Source: a virus (Duplodnaviria; Caudoviricetes). From it: a stretch of DNA of 64,000 nucleotides. The notes beneath the pieces were generated by a model, which saw only the letters and a program-made list of their open reading frames with translations, searched no databases and was not told the origin of the DNA. Every line of letters begins with the position of its first letter. Within the stretch, counting starts at the first letter, position 1. The position numbers were made by a program, and so were the translations under genes. The stretch lies in the IMG/VR virus record IMGVR_UViG_3300043313_000605, positions 129 through 64,128 of that record. One strand, written 5' to 3'. Positions 1-9,383 of this stretch are shown here, in pieces.

Positions 1-253
1 GCAGCGTGGTCGTACCAGCCTCTTTCCTGATCAGCGCGCGCACGCCACGATGGCACCGCTCGCAGACTGCGCCCTTCGCATACCGCTCCTCGACGTCGAG
101 AATCCCATGCACGAGCCAATCCGGCTCGGCGCAGAACGGACACGGGACATGGGTCCGCACGCCATCTACGCCGTACCCTTCAATCCGCATATTCTCGGCG
201 TACCGGATGTTGTACTCGTCGAGCGAGTCCGGCTCATTGATGTAGTACCCCAT
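1..253 (-). CDS. small Cys-rich hypothetical protein (runs off the window edge)
   Basis: Manual translation from ATG at 253 (MGYYINEPDSLDEYNIRY...CPFC...CERC); GGGAGGAG RBS upstream. Confidence 0.6.
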   Translation of the reverse strand, partial: MGYYINEPDSLDEYNIRYAENMRIEGYGVDGVRTHVPCPFCAEPDWLVHGILDVEERYAKGAVCERCHRGVRALIRKEAGTTTL

Positions 254-381
254 TACTCTCCTCCCTTCCGCGATGCTTTGACTACGCCTTCCAGCCCTTC
301 CAGTATGAGCAGCACGAACAAAAGAGTGCCGAGATAGTGTCTCCAGTCCGCAAATAACCAGTTGAGAATATCAAGCATAGC

Positions 382-555
382 TCAACGCGGTTCGATGGCG
401 CCAACGTCGGTACCTTGCATCTTCCCCGCTGGCTTGGCGGCGCACACGTCCCTTGCGCACGTCTCACAGAATGGGCGCGTCATGTCCACGAACTCGGATC
501 GGAGTCGCACCCAGCGCGTCGCGCGACGCTGGCAGTCTTCACGGTTGCACTTCAT
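382..555 (-). CDS. small Zn-finger-like protein, 57 aa
   Basis: Manual translation MKCNREDC...FCETC; ATGA overlap with the upstream gene's stop. Confidence 0.5.
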   Translation of the reverse strand: MKCNREDCQRRATRWVRLRSEFVDMTRPFCETCARDVCAAKPAGKMQGTDVGAIEPR

Positions 556-743
556 TGCTGTCTCAAAAACAAGGTGAGTAGCCGCTCGATCTCATCCGAC
601 CCCGGCGTCCGGTGATAGTTCACATGGATGTGCGGCTTGCCGTCATCCATCTCGAATCGCAGTTGCTCCTGAAACGAGAGCGTCTGCATTTCGGCGACGA
701 TCGCCATCACCAGTGCCTCGCACAATTCAATGCGCTGCGGCAT
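552..743 (-). CDS. hypothetical protein
   Basis: C-terminal part of ORF 552..965 starting MPQRIELCEAL; packed against neighbours. Confidence 0.5.
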   Translation of the reverse strand: MPQRIELCEALVMAIVAEMQTLSFQEQLRFEMDDGKPHIHVNYHRTPGSDEIERLLTLFLRQQ

Positions 744-1155
744 TGTGCGCCACGCTGGTGATCCCGATGGACCGCGCATGATCGAGCACGAAGTCCGCGA
801 CTTTCGTGATCCATGAATCCTCACGCACCACGGGTGTGCAGTCTGGACTCCCGCACGGGCACGACGCCTTGGCGTCGCAGATCGGACAGCCGGTGATCGG
901 CCCCATCTTCTGCAACGCATTTGCGTAGACGATATGCTGGTACATGATGAGCGGATGGAATGCATGCGGTTCCATCAGCCGGCGCATCTGCTCCGCGCCA
1001 TCCACCTGCTCCTCGTCGTCAATGATGTACGCACCGAAGCCACGCACACGCAGCGCATCCTTCGCCATCGCAAAATGCGCTGGGCACAACTCCAGCTTCC
1101 CAACCGGCTCGGCATCATCCGGCACAATGGCCTGATCCCAAACACTACCCTTCAT
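727..1155 (-). CDS. hypothetical Cys-rich protein
   Basis: CPxH, CPIC and CxCxxxxC motifs; GGAGGGG RBS; ATGA coupling. Confidence 0.7.
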   Translation of the reverse strand: MKGSVWDQAIVPDDAEPVGKLELCPAHFAMAKDALRVRGFGAYIIDDEEQVDGAEQMRRLMEPHAFHPLIMYQHIVYANALQKMGPITGCPICDAKASCPCGSPDCTPVVREDSWITKVADFVLDHARSIGITSVAHNAAAH

Positions 1156-1439
1156 GTGGTGTCCCCCTCCGTTGGCGTGAGCCCATGCTCCTGTGCGTAC
1201 TGCCGCACGGTGGCGCGAACTTTCTGAATGGATGTGTCGCGATCTAGCTCGGCCTGCTCTGCTGCCGTTGGCGTGCGCAGCGTGTCGTCAATATCGAAGA
1301 TCGCCACGTTCGCGCAATACAGGCAGATGCTGACGTCGCCGGGATTCGGCAACTGCGGGTTGCCGATCCCGGCAGCGGAATCGAGCGTCTTGCCACACGT
1401 CGGACAGATAGCCGGTGGCATGCGATGAGATGTTGTCAT
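1152..1439 (-). CDS. Zn-ribbon protein
   Basis: CPTCG...CLYCA pairs; coupled to neighbours. Confidence 0.7.
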   Translation of the reverse strand: MTTSHRMPPAICPTCGKTLDSAAGIGNPQLPNPGDVSICLYCANVAIFDIDDTLRTPTAAEQAELDRDTSIQKVRATVRQYAQEHGLTPTEGDTT

Positions 1440-1669
1440 AGCCGCTCGATCTCGTATTCGATACTAGCCGCCATCACGTCGAACATTTTCACGGCGACGG
1501 CCGGATACTTGGCGCCCACGTAGGCCATGAATGCCTCTGGGTCCGTATCGGCCACGGCATCGCACAACGCGCTGATACGCTCCAGCAGCGCGCGCTCTTT
1601 CTCGGTCTGAATCTTCATAGCAGTACCCCGCTTGGATCGGTGTCGTTTGGGTTTCCGTGAATCCGGCAT
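1436..1669 (-). CDS. hypothetical protein
   Basis: ACTGGAGGGACT-ATG at 1669; alternative start at 1618. Confidence 0.55.
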   Translation of the reverse strand: MPDSRKPKRHRSKRGTAMKIQTEKERALLERISALCDAVADTDPEAFMAYVGAKYPAVAVKMFDVMAASIEYEIERL

Positions 1670-2163
1670 AGTCCCTCCAGTAGTGGTGCGCCGCAGTCCG
1701 GACACGCTGGCGTCCCCGGTGGCAGCGGATCGGGTTGAATCGGCTCGTGCGGCACCTGCGGCCCCGCGAGCGGCCACGGGAACGCGCCCTTCGGCGCCCG
1801 CGCGATGAGCCCACCGCCCATGATGTACGCCCACAGCTTCGGCGCCGCGCGCTTGATCTTCCGTAGCTCATCGTTCGCCGGCTTGTACCACTCCGCGTCC
1901 GGTACATGCCGCGCGAAGACCGGCCAGTCGCGCATCTTCCGCTCGTCGTTCATCACGAGATGGCCTTCGCACGGCTTGCCGTTGACCGGCCGCGATCCCG
2001 GCAATGTCGGACACCGGAACTGCGGCGGATGGTCACCACGCACCGTCTGCACCGTGACGAGCACGCGCCGACACTTGTCGCACCGGAAGTAGTGCCAGAT
2101 CGGCTCGAATGCGGTCATACCGAACGCAGCGTACGCGTCGTTCGTACCGTTGCTGTGACTCAT
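1615..2163 (-). CDS. hypothetical Zn-binding protein
   Basis: CDKC and CPDCG...CxxH motifs; ATG overlaps the upstream stop. Confidence 0.65.
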   Translation of the reverse strand: MSHSNGTNDAYAAFGMTAFEPIWHYFRCDKCRRVLVTVQTVRGDHPPQFRCPTLPGSRPVNGKPCEGHLVMNDERKMRDWPVFARHVPDAEWYKPANDELRKIKRAAPKLWAYIMGGGLIARAPKGAFPWPLAGPQVPHEPIQPDPLPPGTPACPDCGAPLLEGLCRIHGNPNDTDPSGVLL

Positions 2164-2345
2164 GGGTGCAGTTGGTAGTAGAGAGTGAACAAGATGCCAA
2201 TGAGCAGCCAACTAACGAGCGCCACGCCTTTCTTGTATGCCTTCAGGTCATCGGTCTCAGTGTGCAATCGCGCGCTCAGGTAGAAGTACCAGACGGCGAT
2301 ACCGATCACGAACCCATGTTGATACAGGTAATCACGAACTGTCAT
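2160..2345 (-). CDS. small two-TM membrane protein
   Basis: Two hydrophobic stretches; GTTCACTGAAGGAGG leader. Confidence 0.65.
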   Translation of the reverse strand: MTVRDYLYQHGFVIGIAVWYFYLSARLHTETDDLKAYKKGVALVSWLLIGILFTLYYQLHP

Positions 2346-2402
2346 CAAATCCTCCTTCAGTGAACATTCCCCACTCATCCAATATAGTCTGCATGTCAAT
2401 GA

Positions 2403-2654
2403 TCAGATGAGGGTCTTGAGCATCGAGACGAGTGCCGCGCGATCGTTCGCTCGCACAACCGTTGTCGGCAATGCCTGCTCATCAGGCGTTCGTTCGATGA
2501 GCATGAGATACGTCTTCTCGGCTGCCTGCTTGAAGGCAGCCATGCCGTCTGGCGAATCGAACCACTGCTCGGCCATCCGCACCCCGCGCTGATACGCGAT
2601 GCCGAGTGACAACCACCACATCAGAACGAAAATGAACCAGAACCAGAACGGCAT
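2403..2654 (-). CDS. small membrane protein
   Basis: N-terminal Trp/Phe-rich TM segment; TCACTGGAGG leader. Confidence 0.7.
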   Translation of the reverse strand: MPFWFWFIFVLMWWLSLGIAYQRGVRMAEQWFDSPDGMAAFKQAAEKTYLMLIERTPDEQALPTTVVRANDRAALVSMLKTLI

Positions 2655-2675
2655 GCGCGCCTCCAGTGACAGGGT

Positions 2676-2861
2676 TTACTTGACGTGCGCCCAGCGCGCA
2701 CCGATCAGGATGTCGCGCACAGCGCGCTCGGAAACCTTGTACTGCTTGGCGAGCGTCACGTAGCCGGCGCCACGCTTGCCCTTGACGTACTTGGCGCGAA
2801 TCTCCCGCACCTGATCCTCGTTCAATTTCGCGTTGTGGTTCTTGGTTCCCTGCTGTGCCAT
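2676..2861 (-). CDS. stand-alone HTH DNA-binding protein, like the C-terminal module of phage HNH endonucleases
   Basis: GTKNHNAKLNEDQVREIR...LAKQYKVSERAVRDILIGARW; own RBS TTTCACTGGAGG. Confidence 0.7.
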   Translation of the reverse strand: MAQQGTKNHNAKLNEDQVREIRAKYVKGKRGAGYVTLAKQYKVSERAVRDILIGARWAHVK

Positions 2862-2881
2862 GTGATCCTCCAGTGAAAGTA

Positions 2882-3172
2882 TTACGATTGCGTGCCGAAC
2901 ATCTTCCCTGCGCCTGCATCGATCGCGTTCCGTGGATCGCCGTACCGTGCCTTCAGTGCGTCAGCCGCCATCAGGAACAACTGGAGCGACGTCTGCACCA
3001 GCACCGCGCGCCCATCTGGGAGCACCGCCGCGATACCGACTGACGGCTTCCCGCTGGACATCCCGTTCGCCAGCCCGCCGATTCGCACCGTATCCTCGAT
3101 GTTGATGATCTTGTCGAGCGGAATGTCGTTGAGCATACCTTCGCCTTCGATATGCAAATCAAGTAGTGGCAT
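2882..3172 (-). CDS. hypothetical protein
   Basis: Protein-like composition (GMSSGKPSVGI...LVQTSLQLF); TGATG coupling. Confidence 0.7.
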   Translation of the reverse strand: MPLLDLHIEGEGMLNDIPLDKIINIEDTVRIGGLANGMSSGKPSVGIAAVLPDGRAVLVQTSLQLFLMAADALKARYGDPRNAIDAGAGKMFGTQS

Positions 3173-3330
3173 CAGTGATCCTTTGGCTTCGCTGGTTTGA
3201 TTTTGCGCAATGCTTTCTCTAGCCGATTGACAGATTCAAGCGATTGCCGAATGCGAATCTTCGTGAGCCGCGCCTTATGCGACTGGATGCGCGCGCCATA
3301 GCTGCGGCCATCTTCAGGAAGCCTCCCCAT
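3172..3330 (-). CDS. small basic protein
   Basis: TAATG-coupled start at 3330; R/K-rich. Confidence 0.5.
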   Translation of the reverse strand: MGRLPEDGRSYGARIQSHKARLTKIRIRQSLESVNRLEKALRKIKPAKPKDH

Positions 3331-4703
3331 TAGTGATCCTTCGCTTGTGCAGGTTGAACTCTTGCTGCGCGAATCTTCAGTGTCTCGTCGAAATCTGGCC
3401 CCTTCCGGTATGGACGAATCCAGACTACGCGAACCCCCTTGCGTCCGACGCCGACTTTCTGCTGGCGCCAGTGCCCACTCACCCACACCGGCTTCTCCAG
3501 CTTGTGTCCGCGCATGCCGACGATCGTGATGCGCTTCTGAAACTCGTGCGCCTCGATCTCAGCCACGCGCTTGCCGACGTAGATGTAGCCCAACTTTGAC
3601 TGCTTGCTGATGCGCCGAATGACTTTCGCTTTCTTCCGGTTCGATTTGATCGCACCGAGATCGCGCCGTGGCGTCGCTGGCACCGGCTCCAGATCGGGAT
3701 GCTCGGACTGCATGTACAGGCAGAGCCCCAGCACCACGCGCGGCATAATCTTCGTCAGGAATTCCTGCTCGTCCCCTTTCGCGTAGTCAGAGCCGTGCGT
3801 GAATTTGACGTCGGACATCTTGCCATCCGGCCCGAGCCCCGCCGTGATGTACGCCGTGTTCGCGCCACCAACCGTTGACGTGCCTTCCCCGCACACGACG
3901 AAGGCAATCTCGCGCTGCTTGCCGGTATCCGGCTGCGTCTCGTCGATCGACACCATGATGCCTTCGGCGTACTCCCGATCGATCCCGCCCGTCATCAGGT
4001 TCGGCACGCTGAACGCGAACGAGCGCGACGGAATCTTGATGTAGAACGAGTGCTGCCGGAACGCGAGCATGTCGAGCGGAAACTGCGGTAGCTCGGTATG
4101 CCCCAGCATCGTGTACAGCGTCTCATCGAGCACGTACACACGCCGGCCGTCCGCGCGCCAGAGCGCCAGATGATACATCGTGTGTAGCAACTCGCTGTGC
4201 GCCGCGTGTAGCTGTTCCTCGTTCCGCAGCACGCGCCAGTCGATCAGGGTCTTCAGGTAGCTCTCGCGCCACTTCATCACCGATGGCAGCGTGTTGAAGT
4301 GCGAGATGTTGTAGATGTTGAGCGCGGCCGGCGTCGCAGGCGCGAGGCTCGGATCGAACGTGCCGAATGCCTGAAAGTGTGGGTTGCGCTGCTGGGTGTC
4401 GAATTCGAGCGTCCCTTTGCGCATCTTCTCGCGCGACTCCTCGACTTCCACGAGCAGCGTCTTCCATGACGGGAATGGCTCGGCGATGACGTTCTTGACC
4501 TTATCCACCTTCAACTCGGTCTTGTACGCCTGCCGGCCGTTGACCATGACCGGCTCCAGCTTGATGTCCTTGTCATCGATCATAATGTTCGCCATTCCCG
4601 GCTCTTTGCTGAAGTACAAATCTTCAGCGATCTCCGGCCACACAGGCGGCAGCGGTGAGCGATGGGAATGATCCTTAGTGGTGATGTTGCCAGCGCCAAA
4701 CAT
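3330..4703 (-). CDS. conserved phage protein of unknown function (C-terminal VxGHWRxQ...WIxPYxKG motif)
   Basis: 457-aa ORF; motif VWVSGHWRQQKVG...VWIRPYRKGP resembles one common in phage hypothetical proteins. Confidence 0.75.
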   Translation of the reverse strand: MFGAGNITTKDHSHRSPLPPVWPEIAEDLYFSKEPGMANIMIDDKDIKLEPVMVNGRQAYKTELKVDKVKNVIAEPFPSWKTLLVEVEESREKMRKGTLEFDTQQRNPHFQAFGTFDPSLAPATPAALNIYNISHFNTLPSVMKWRESYLKTLIDWRVLRNEEQLHAAHSELLHTMYHLALWRADGRRVYVLDETLYTMLGHTELPQFPLDMLAFRQHSFYIKIPSRSFAFSVPNLMTGGIDREYAEGIMVSIDETQPDTGKQREIAFVVCGEGTSTVGGANTAYITAGLGPDGKMSDVKFTHGSDYAKGDEQEFLTKIMPRVVLGLCLYMQSEHPDLEPVPATPRRDLGAIKSNRKKAKVIRRISKQSKLGYIYVGKRVAEIEAHEFQKRITIVGMRGHKLEKPVWVSGHWRQQKVGVGRKGVRVVWIRPYRKGPDFDETLKIRAARVQPAQAKDH

Positions 4704-5185
4704 CAGAGACCTCCGAGCAGCATGTCGAACAAACTGAATCCATCCGGATCGTCTGTCTTTGGCGTGCGGCCGAGCAGTGTAGTGATCTGCGCCTGATGCT
4801 CTGGCGCGTCCCACGCGTCAGCGACCTTTTTGTGCGCCGACTCTGAGCGATCGACCGGACCATCTGCGCACCACGCTTCGCCACACTCGAATGGCTTGAC
4901 GGCGTGAATCGAGCAGAGTCCGTCTTTCAGGAAGACGCACCGGCCCTTAGCGACAAACGGGAACTCGGTTCCCGGCTCCTCGCCCCCGATCCCCGGCGAA
5001 AGCACGAAGATCGGATCGTCGCCACGCTCCCACCAATCGACATTCAGGTAGTCGCGAAACAACTCCTCAACAGAGATGTTGAGGAACGTCGCAATCTTCT
5101 CAGCCTCTCCCGGCTTCATCCATCCCGGCTTGCGTTCGCAGCACGCAACGCATTTGGCGCACGTACAGGATTCGCGAGAACTCAT
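4703..5185 (-). CDS. YkgJ-like (CxxCxxCC) Zn/Fe-cluster protein
   Basis: CAKCVACC...CVFLKDGLCSIHAVKPFEC signature. Confidence 0.8.
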   Translation of the reverse strand: MSSRESCTCAKCVACCERKPGWMKPGEAEKIATFLNISVEELFRDYLNVDWWERGDDPIFVLSPGIGGEEPGTEFPFVAKGRCVFLKDGLCSIHAVKPFECGEAWCADGPVDRSESAHKKVADAWDAPEHQAQITTLLGRTPKTDDPDGFSLFDMLLGGL

Positions 5186-5244
5186 GAAAAACCTCTCAGT
5201 AAACGGTCAGTGAACGTGAACGAAGTATAGCGACTACGGGCACA

Positions 5245-5655
5245 CTATTCAAGGGCTCTGGCGCTCGTCTTGACGACTTGCTTGCAGTCACGGCAGACGA
5301 AGACTGACTTGCCGACCATCTGCACGAGATGCAGCCGCGCGTGTGGGCAGCAACCGTTGCGCATCTGGCCGGTGATCACCTTGCCGTACTCGTAGCGCGC
5401 CTTCCTCACTTCCATGTCTGCCAAGAACTTTTCGCGCTGCGCAACCGTTGCTTCCAGTATCTGAAATTCCTGCTCCAGTGGGTCGAGCGTTTCCGGTCGC
5501 TTATCGAGATCGTCGCTGATCTGGTCGAGATGCTTCACGATCGCGTCTGCTGGATTCACCTTATGCGCCATCCACCGCATGAACGGCAGCCACGCGGCAG
5601 CCGCGATCATTGTGATCCATCCAATCAGGTTCTCAGGCCAGAATGCATCCGGCAT
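5245..5655 (-). CDS. membrane-anchored protein with C-terminal Zn ribbon
   Basis: N-terminal TM, coiled region, CCPH...CRDC. Confidence 0.7.
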   Translation of the reverse strand: MPDAFWPENLIGWITMIAAAAWLPFMRWMAHKVNPADAIVKHLDQISDDLDKRPETLDPLEQEFQILEATVAQREKFLADMEVRKARYEYGKVITGQMRNGCCPHARLHLVQMVGKSVFVCRDCKQVVKTSARALE

Positions 5656-5706
5656 TCAGTGAACTCCCTGCGCTGGCGCACAACGTGCGCCAGCGCCAGT
5701 GAAAGG

Positions 5707-7902
5707 TTATCGGCTCCCTGCGATGCAGCGTGTAACCGCCGCCGCGTTGCCCTCGTACGTATTCCGGCACCGCGTCTCCAGCGACGCAGGCCGGTAGCCA
5801 CTCTGCCGTGGCGTTGCGATGGCGCGGCGTACGCCAGCACGCGTTGGATCGCTCACCACCGCGCCCTGAATCTTCGCATAGACGAGCGACGCGTTCGCGC
5901 CGAGCGGACGCCCGTCGTGCGTCGGCGCCGTCCCAGAGTAGTATCCCTGCGCGTTGAAGCCTGCCTCGGCCCATTTCCCCGGTGGATACGCCACGTTGTG
6001 CGTCCAGTTCGACGTCGCGCTGTCCACGAACAGGCGCCAGTCACTACCACCAGAGCCACCATGCACGCCGTACTCGCCGTTGTCGTACGCGTTCGATCGG
6101 AAGTCCATGTTGACGATCTTCGGTGGCTGCCCGTCAAAGCTGATCGACGTCTCGACGCCAGACGCGAGGATCGTCGTGTTGTGCGTGACGGAAACGTGCG
6201 AGAGTGGGCCAAGGAACTGCCACAGCCGGCCCTCACCCCTGAAGATGCCCGTGTTCACGTTCTTCGTGATGTTGTCATATACCGTGATGCGCGACGCGTT
6301 CACCACCTGATTCTGGCACGCGGCGCAGAAGTTCCAGCCCGCGCCCGCGTTCTGCACGAGATTGTACCGGAACGTGATGTCCGTCGCCTGCGACTGCGGT
6401 GCCGTCCCATCCTGATTCACGCTCTTGCACAGAATCGCATAGCCAACCTGCCCATCGGCCCAGATGTTCTCGATGACGTTGCCTTCGACGAGCATGCGTC
6501 GCGCGTTCTTGCATTCGATCAGGTTCTTGGCCGTCCACACGCCTTTCCACGACGCCGGACGCGTGATGTGGTTGTGCCGGATCGTGATGTCGCTCGGCAC
6601 GAGCCCCGGAATCGACGGATCGCCGCCACCGAACATGACAACTTCGTGGCTGGCCTCCATGTAGTTGTTCTCGATCAGATACGGACCGGGGCCATTGAGC
6701 CCGAGCCAGCACTGCGAGTCGCCGTTGTTGTCGTGGCCTTCGGCGCACCAGCTATCGACGACGGCGGTCCGTGCGGAGTTGATGTAGAAGTTCCGCTTCA
6801 GTCGGAGTGTCGGCGTCCCAGAGACGAGCGTATGCGAGAAGACGAAATCTCCCGGCACCTGCGCCATCGTCGTCTGGTTGATCCCCAGCTTGACGAGCGC
6901 GTTGACATCTTGCGTGCCGCCGCCGAGAATCGCGACATCCTCGAAATAGTACCCATGCACGCCACCGCCGTCCGCGCTCACTGCTGGTGCGTTCCCCGCG
7001 TCCACGCTCGCGATCTTAGCCTGCTGCCGCTGCACCGACAGGCTTGGCGTCACCCGAACGCCACGCGCCAACAGCGGGAGTCCGTTGTTCGTGCGAACGA
7101 TCGTGTGATACTGCTCGGTACACGGCTTGGCTGGTAGCTGCACTGGCGCATACTGGAAGTTCGGCACCAGCCGCAACTCGACACGACACGCAGAGGTATT
7201 GAGCGCCGTCTGCAACGCGCCAGCGGACGCCGGCACATTCACGATCGTGTACCCAAGCGGGTACGTGACGTTGACGGACGCGCGCGGCAACTCGGCCAGC
7301 GTCGCCTTACCGGCGACGGGCGGCAGCGACGTGGAGTCGGTAGGCGGCGGCACCGGGATGACCACATCCTTGACCGGATAGACTTGCGACCCGACGACCG
7401 GATCAGCCGTCGCCGTGACCGTACAGTTCCCGGCGCCCTTCCCAGTCAAGAGTCCTGTGCCCGACACGTCGCAGAGCGCCGTTGGTGTTGCGCCCCAGCG
7501 AATCGGTGATGGCAGGACGACGCCGTTCGCGGCCTTCGGCGTTGCCGTTAGTTGCACACTGGCGCCAACGGTTACGGTTGCTGTGGCTGGCGCGATCGTG
7601 ACTGACGCAACGGTTGGCACAACGATTGTGTCTGGCTTCGGTGGCACTGGCCCTGATCGGCGCATCGCCGCGAGAATCGAATCCGCCGCACGCTGGATGC
7701 GAACGTTGTGCGTCGAGTCGATTCGCACATCGGCGCGCTTCACATACCCCGGCCGGCCTCGATCCTTGCGGATCGTATCGACGTCCTGATCGATGCGAGC
7801 CGTCCCAGCAACGATTTCACCAACATGCTTTTTGATCGCTGTCGTATCCTGCGCCATCAGCGGTGGCGCAAGGACGAGCAGTAGCGCGAGCAGTGTTCGC
7901 AT
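5707..7902 (-). CDS. secreted protein with Ig-like (Big_2-type) domain and right-handed beta-helix domain
   Basis: Signal peptide MRTLLALLLVLAPPLMA; VASVTIAPATATVTVGASVQLTATPK Ig-like; repeated IENNY/IRHNHI/VEGNVI/FRYNLV strands. Confidence 0.8.
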   Translation of the reverse strand: MRTLLALLLVLAPPLMAQDTTAIKKHVGEIVAGTARIDQDVDTIRKDRGRPGYVKRADVRIDSTHNVRIQRAADSILAAMRRSGPVPPKPDTIVVPTVASVTIAPATATVTVGASVQLTATPKAANGVVLPSPIRWGATPTALCDVSGTGLLTGKGAGNCTVTATADPVVGSQVYPVKDVVIPVPPPTDSTSLPPVAGKATLAELPRASVNVTYPLGYTIVNVPASAGALQTALNTSACRVELRLVPNFQYAPVQLPAKPCTEQYHTIVRTNNGLPLLARGVRVTPSLSVQRQQAKIASVDAGNAPAVSADGGGVHGYYFEDVAILGGGTQDVNALVKLGINQTTMAQVPGDFVFSHTLVSGTPTLRLKRNFYINSARTAVVDSWCAEGHDNNGDSQCWLGLNGPGPYLIENNYMEASHEVVMFGGGDPSIPGLVPSDITIRHNHITRPASWKGVWTAKNLIECKNARRMLVEGNVIENIWADGQVGYAILCKSVNQDGTAPQSQATDITFRYNLVQNAGAGWNFCAACQNQVVNASRITVYDNITKNVNTGIFRGEGRLWQFLGPLSHVSVTHNTTILASGVETSISFDGQPPKIVNMDFRSNAYDNGEYGVHGGSGGSDWRLFVDSATSNWTHNVAYPPGKWAEAGFNAQGYYSGTAPTHDGRPLGANASLVYAKIQGAVVSDPTRAGVRRAIATPRQSGYRPASLETRCRNTYEGNAAAVTRCIAGSR

Positions 7903-7913
7903 TGCCCTCTCCG

Positions 7914-8237
7914 TTATTGGGTGATCTTCGCGACTTGCCGCATGACGTGAATCTTTGCTTCGACTTCGGTCGAGCCGAATGCTACGATCGCAAACGGAAT
8001 CCCACTCTCATCGACAGGGCCGATCGCCGCACGCACGCGTGACGCGACCGGATTCGTCGGATAGACTTGCGTCGCCATCCACCAGCGCGCCGTCGCCACC
8101 ATATCGAACCACCACTTCTCGGCAGCCGCGATCTCGCGCTGGTGATATTTGATGCCGCTTGGCATGACGCCGTAGATTTCGACTGACACGAGCGCGTTGA
8201 ATGGAATGTCTTCGTCAGACCAGCCGATGATGGGCAT
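7914..8237 (-). CDS. hypothetical protein
   Basis: TAATG-coupled to the exonuclease gene. Confidence 0.65.
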   Translation of the reverse strand: MPIIGWSDEDIPFNALVSVEIYGVMPSGIKYHQREIAAAEKWWFDMVATARWWMATQVYPTNPVASRVRAAIGPVDESGIPFAIVAFGSTEVEAKIHVMRQVAKITQ

Positions 8238-9232
8238 TACGCACGGCGACCAAAGCTGGGGCGCAGCACACGAAATACCGTGCGCCGCTGATACGGTAGC
8301 AGATTCAAGTCTGGGTGATCTTCCTTCAGCGCGTCAAGGTCGAGCCACGGCTTGTCCTGTTCCTTGTACGTGACCTTGCCGATGCCGGGAACGACGACTT
8401 CCGTCACACCCTCTGTCTCGACTAGTTCTTTTAGCACTTCCTCAAATCCCTCTTTGATTGCCTTAGCAATCGCGTACTTCTCGCGAGCCTCTTTCACTGC
8501 GCTAAGTGTCTGCTTCCATGCTGGCGTATCCCGCACGAGCGAGCCCGCCGTCAGTTGCGCGCGAGCCCGCGTCTCCTCACTGATGGTCTCGGTATGCCGC
8601 GCCAACCGTTGTGCGTCGAAGTTGCCGGCCTGCACCATCTCCCAGAAGTGATCGCAGACCTCGAAAATCTGCGCAATCATCTCCTCGTCACGTTCGACGT
8701 CGATCGTATACAACACCCAATCCTCCGCGTTCAAGAACGCGAACGAGCCCCACGCCAGACCGGTGACCGCAAGGTAGTGCTGCAATTGTGCGTAGTAGCT
8801 CGGATTGACGCCCACTTCGCGCGTCGCGCGCCAGACCGGCAAACGCGGACACTTCGCTTCCAGAATACCAGTGCCACGCATGGCGGCACGCACTTCATCG
8901 TCAGTAGCATCGACGATCAGCCGATCCGGATTCGCGTGCATGTACGGCCGATCCGGATGCGTAATCGCTGGCCCGAAGTGAATCGTACGCCGGCCCGTGT
9001 CGCGCTCGTACTTTCGCACGCACGCGGCCTCTAGCTCGCGCCCACGCTCCATGTCCGGATTGTCTGGCGTGACGACGACCGGCCGGCTGTCGAGCACCGC
9101 CGTGATGCGCTCGTAGATCGAGCGCGCGTCCGACTGGTGACGATTGACGCCGAGTAGCGTCCCGATGTCACTCCCTCCGATGGAGGGACGCGGGACGTAC
9201 GGCTCGGCGCCGGGGTTGGCGAGATCAGGCAT
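8237..9232 (-). CDS. YqaJ-like (lambda-exonuclease family) recombination nuclease
   Basis: IGGSDIGTLLGVN, RGRELE, ANPDRL, LEAKCP, YYAQLQHYL motifs. Confidence 0.9.
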   Translation of the reverse strand: MPDLANPGAEPYVPRPSIGGSDIGTLLGVNRHQSDARSIYERITAVLDSRPVVVTPDNPDMERGRELEAACVRKYERDTGRRTIHFGPAITHPDRPYMHANPDRLIVDATDDEVRAAMRGTGILEAKCPRLPVWRATREVGVNPSYYAQLQHYLAVTGLAWGSFAFLNAEDWVLYTIDVERDEEMIAQIFEVCDHFWEMVQAGNFDAQRLARHTETISEETRARAQLTAGSLVRDTPAWKQTLSAVKEAREKYAIAKAIKEGFEEVLKELVETEGVTEVVVPGIGKVTYKEQDKPWLDLDALKEDHPDLNLLPYQRRTVFRVLRPSFGRRA

Positions 9233-9383
9233 CGTGAAGTCGAATGAATCCTGCTTTCGTTACTGCGTATTGACGCGCACAATCACGGCACTGCGCATCT
9301 TGACGAATTCTTTCTGGCTCACTGCTGGCGTTGAGTCGCACAAGCACACCATTGCACGACGGACATAGCATTGTCTTATCCAT
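9225..9383 (-). CDS. small Zn-ribbon protein
   Basis: CPSC...CRDC; GAGGG RBS. Confidence 0.55.
   Translation of the reverse strand: MDKTMLCPSCNGVLVRLNASSEPERIRQDAQCRDCARQYAVTKAGFIRLHDA

Noticed and set aside
5329-7137. 602-aa plus-strand ORF (also 29227..30723, 43433..44815, 46184..47350, 51303..52412)
   Set aside because: Antisense shadows of real minus-strand genes in GC-rich DNA; skewed composition, no RBS or motifs
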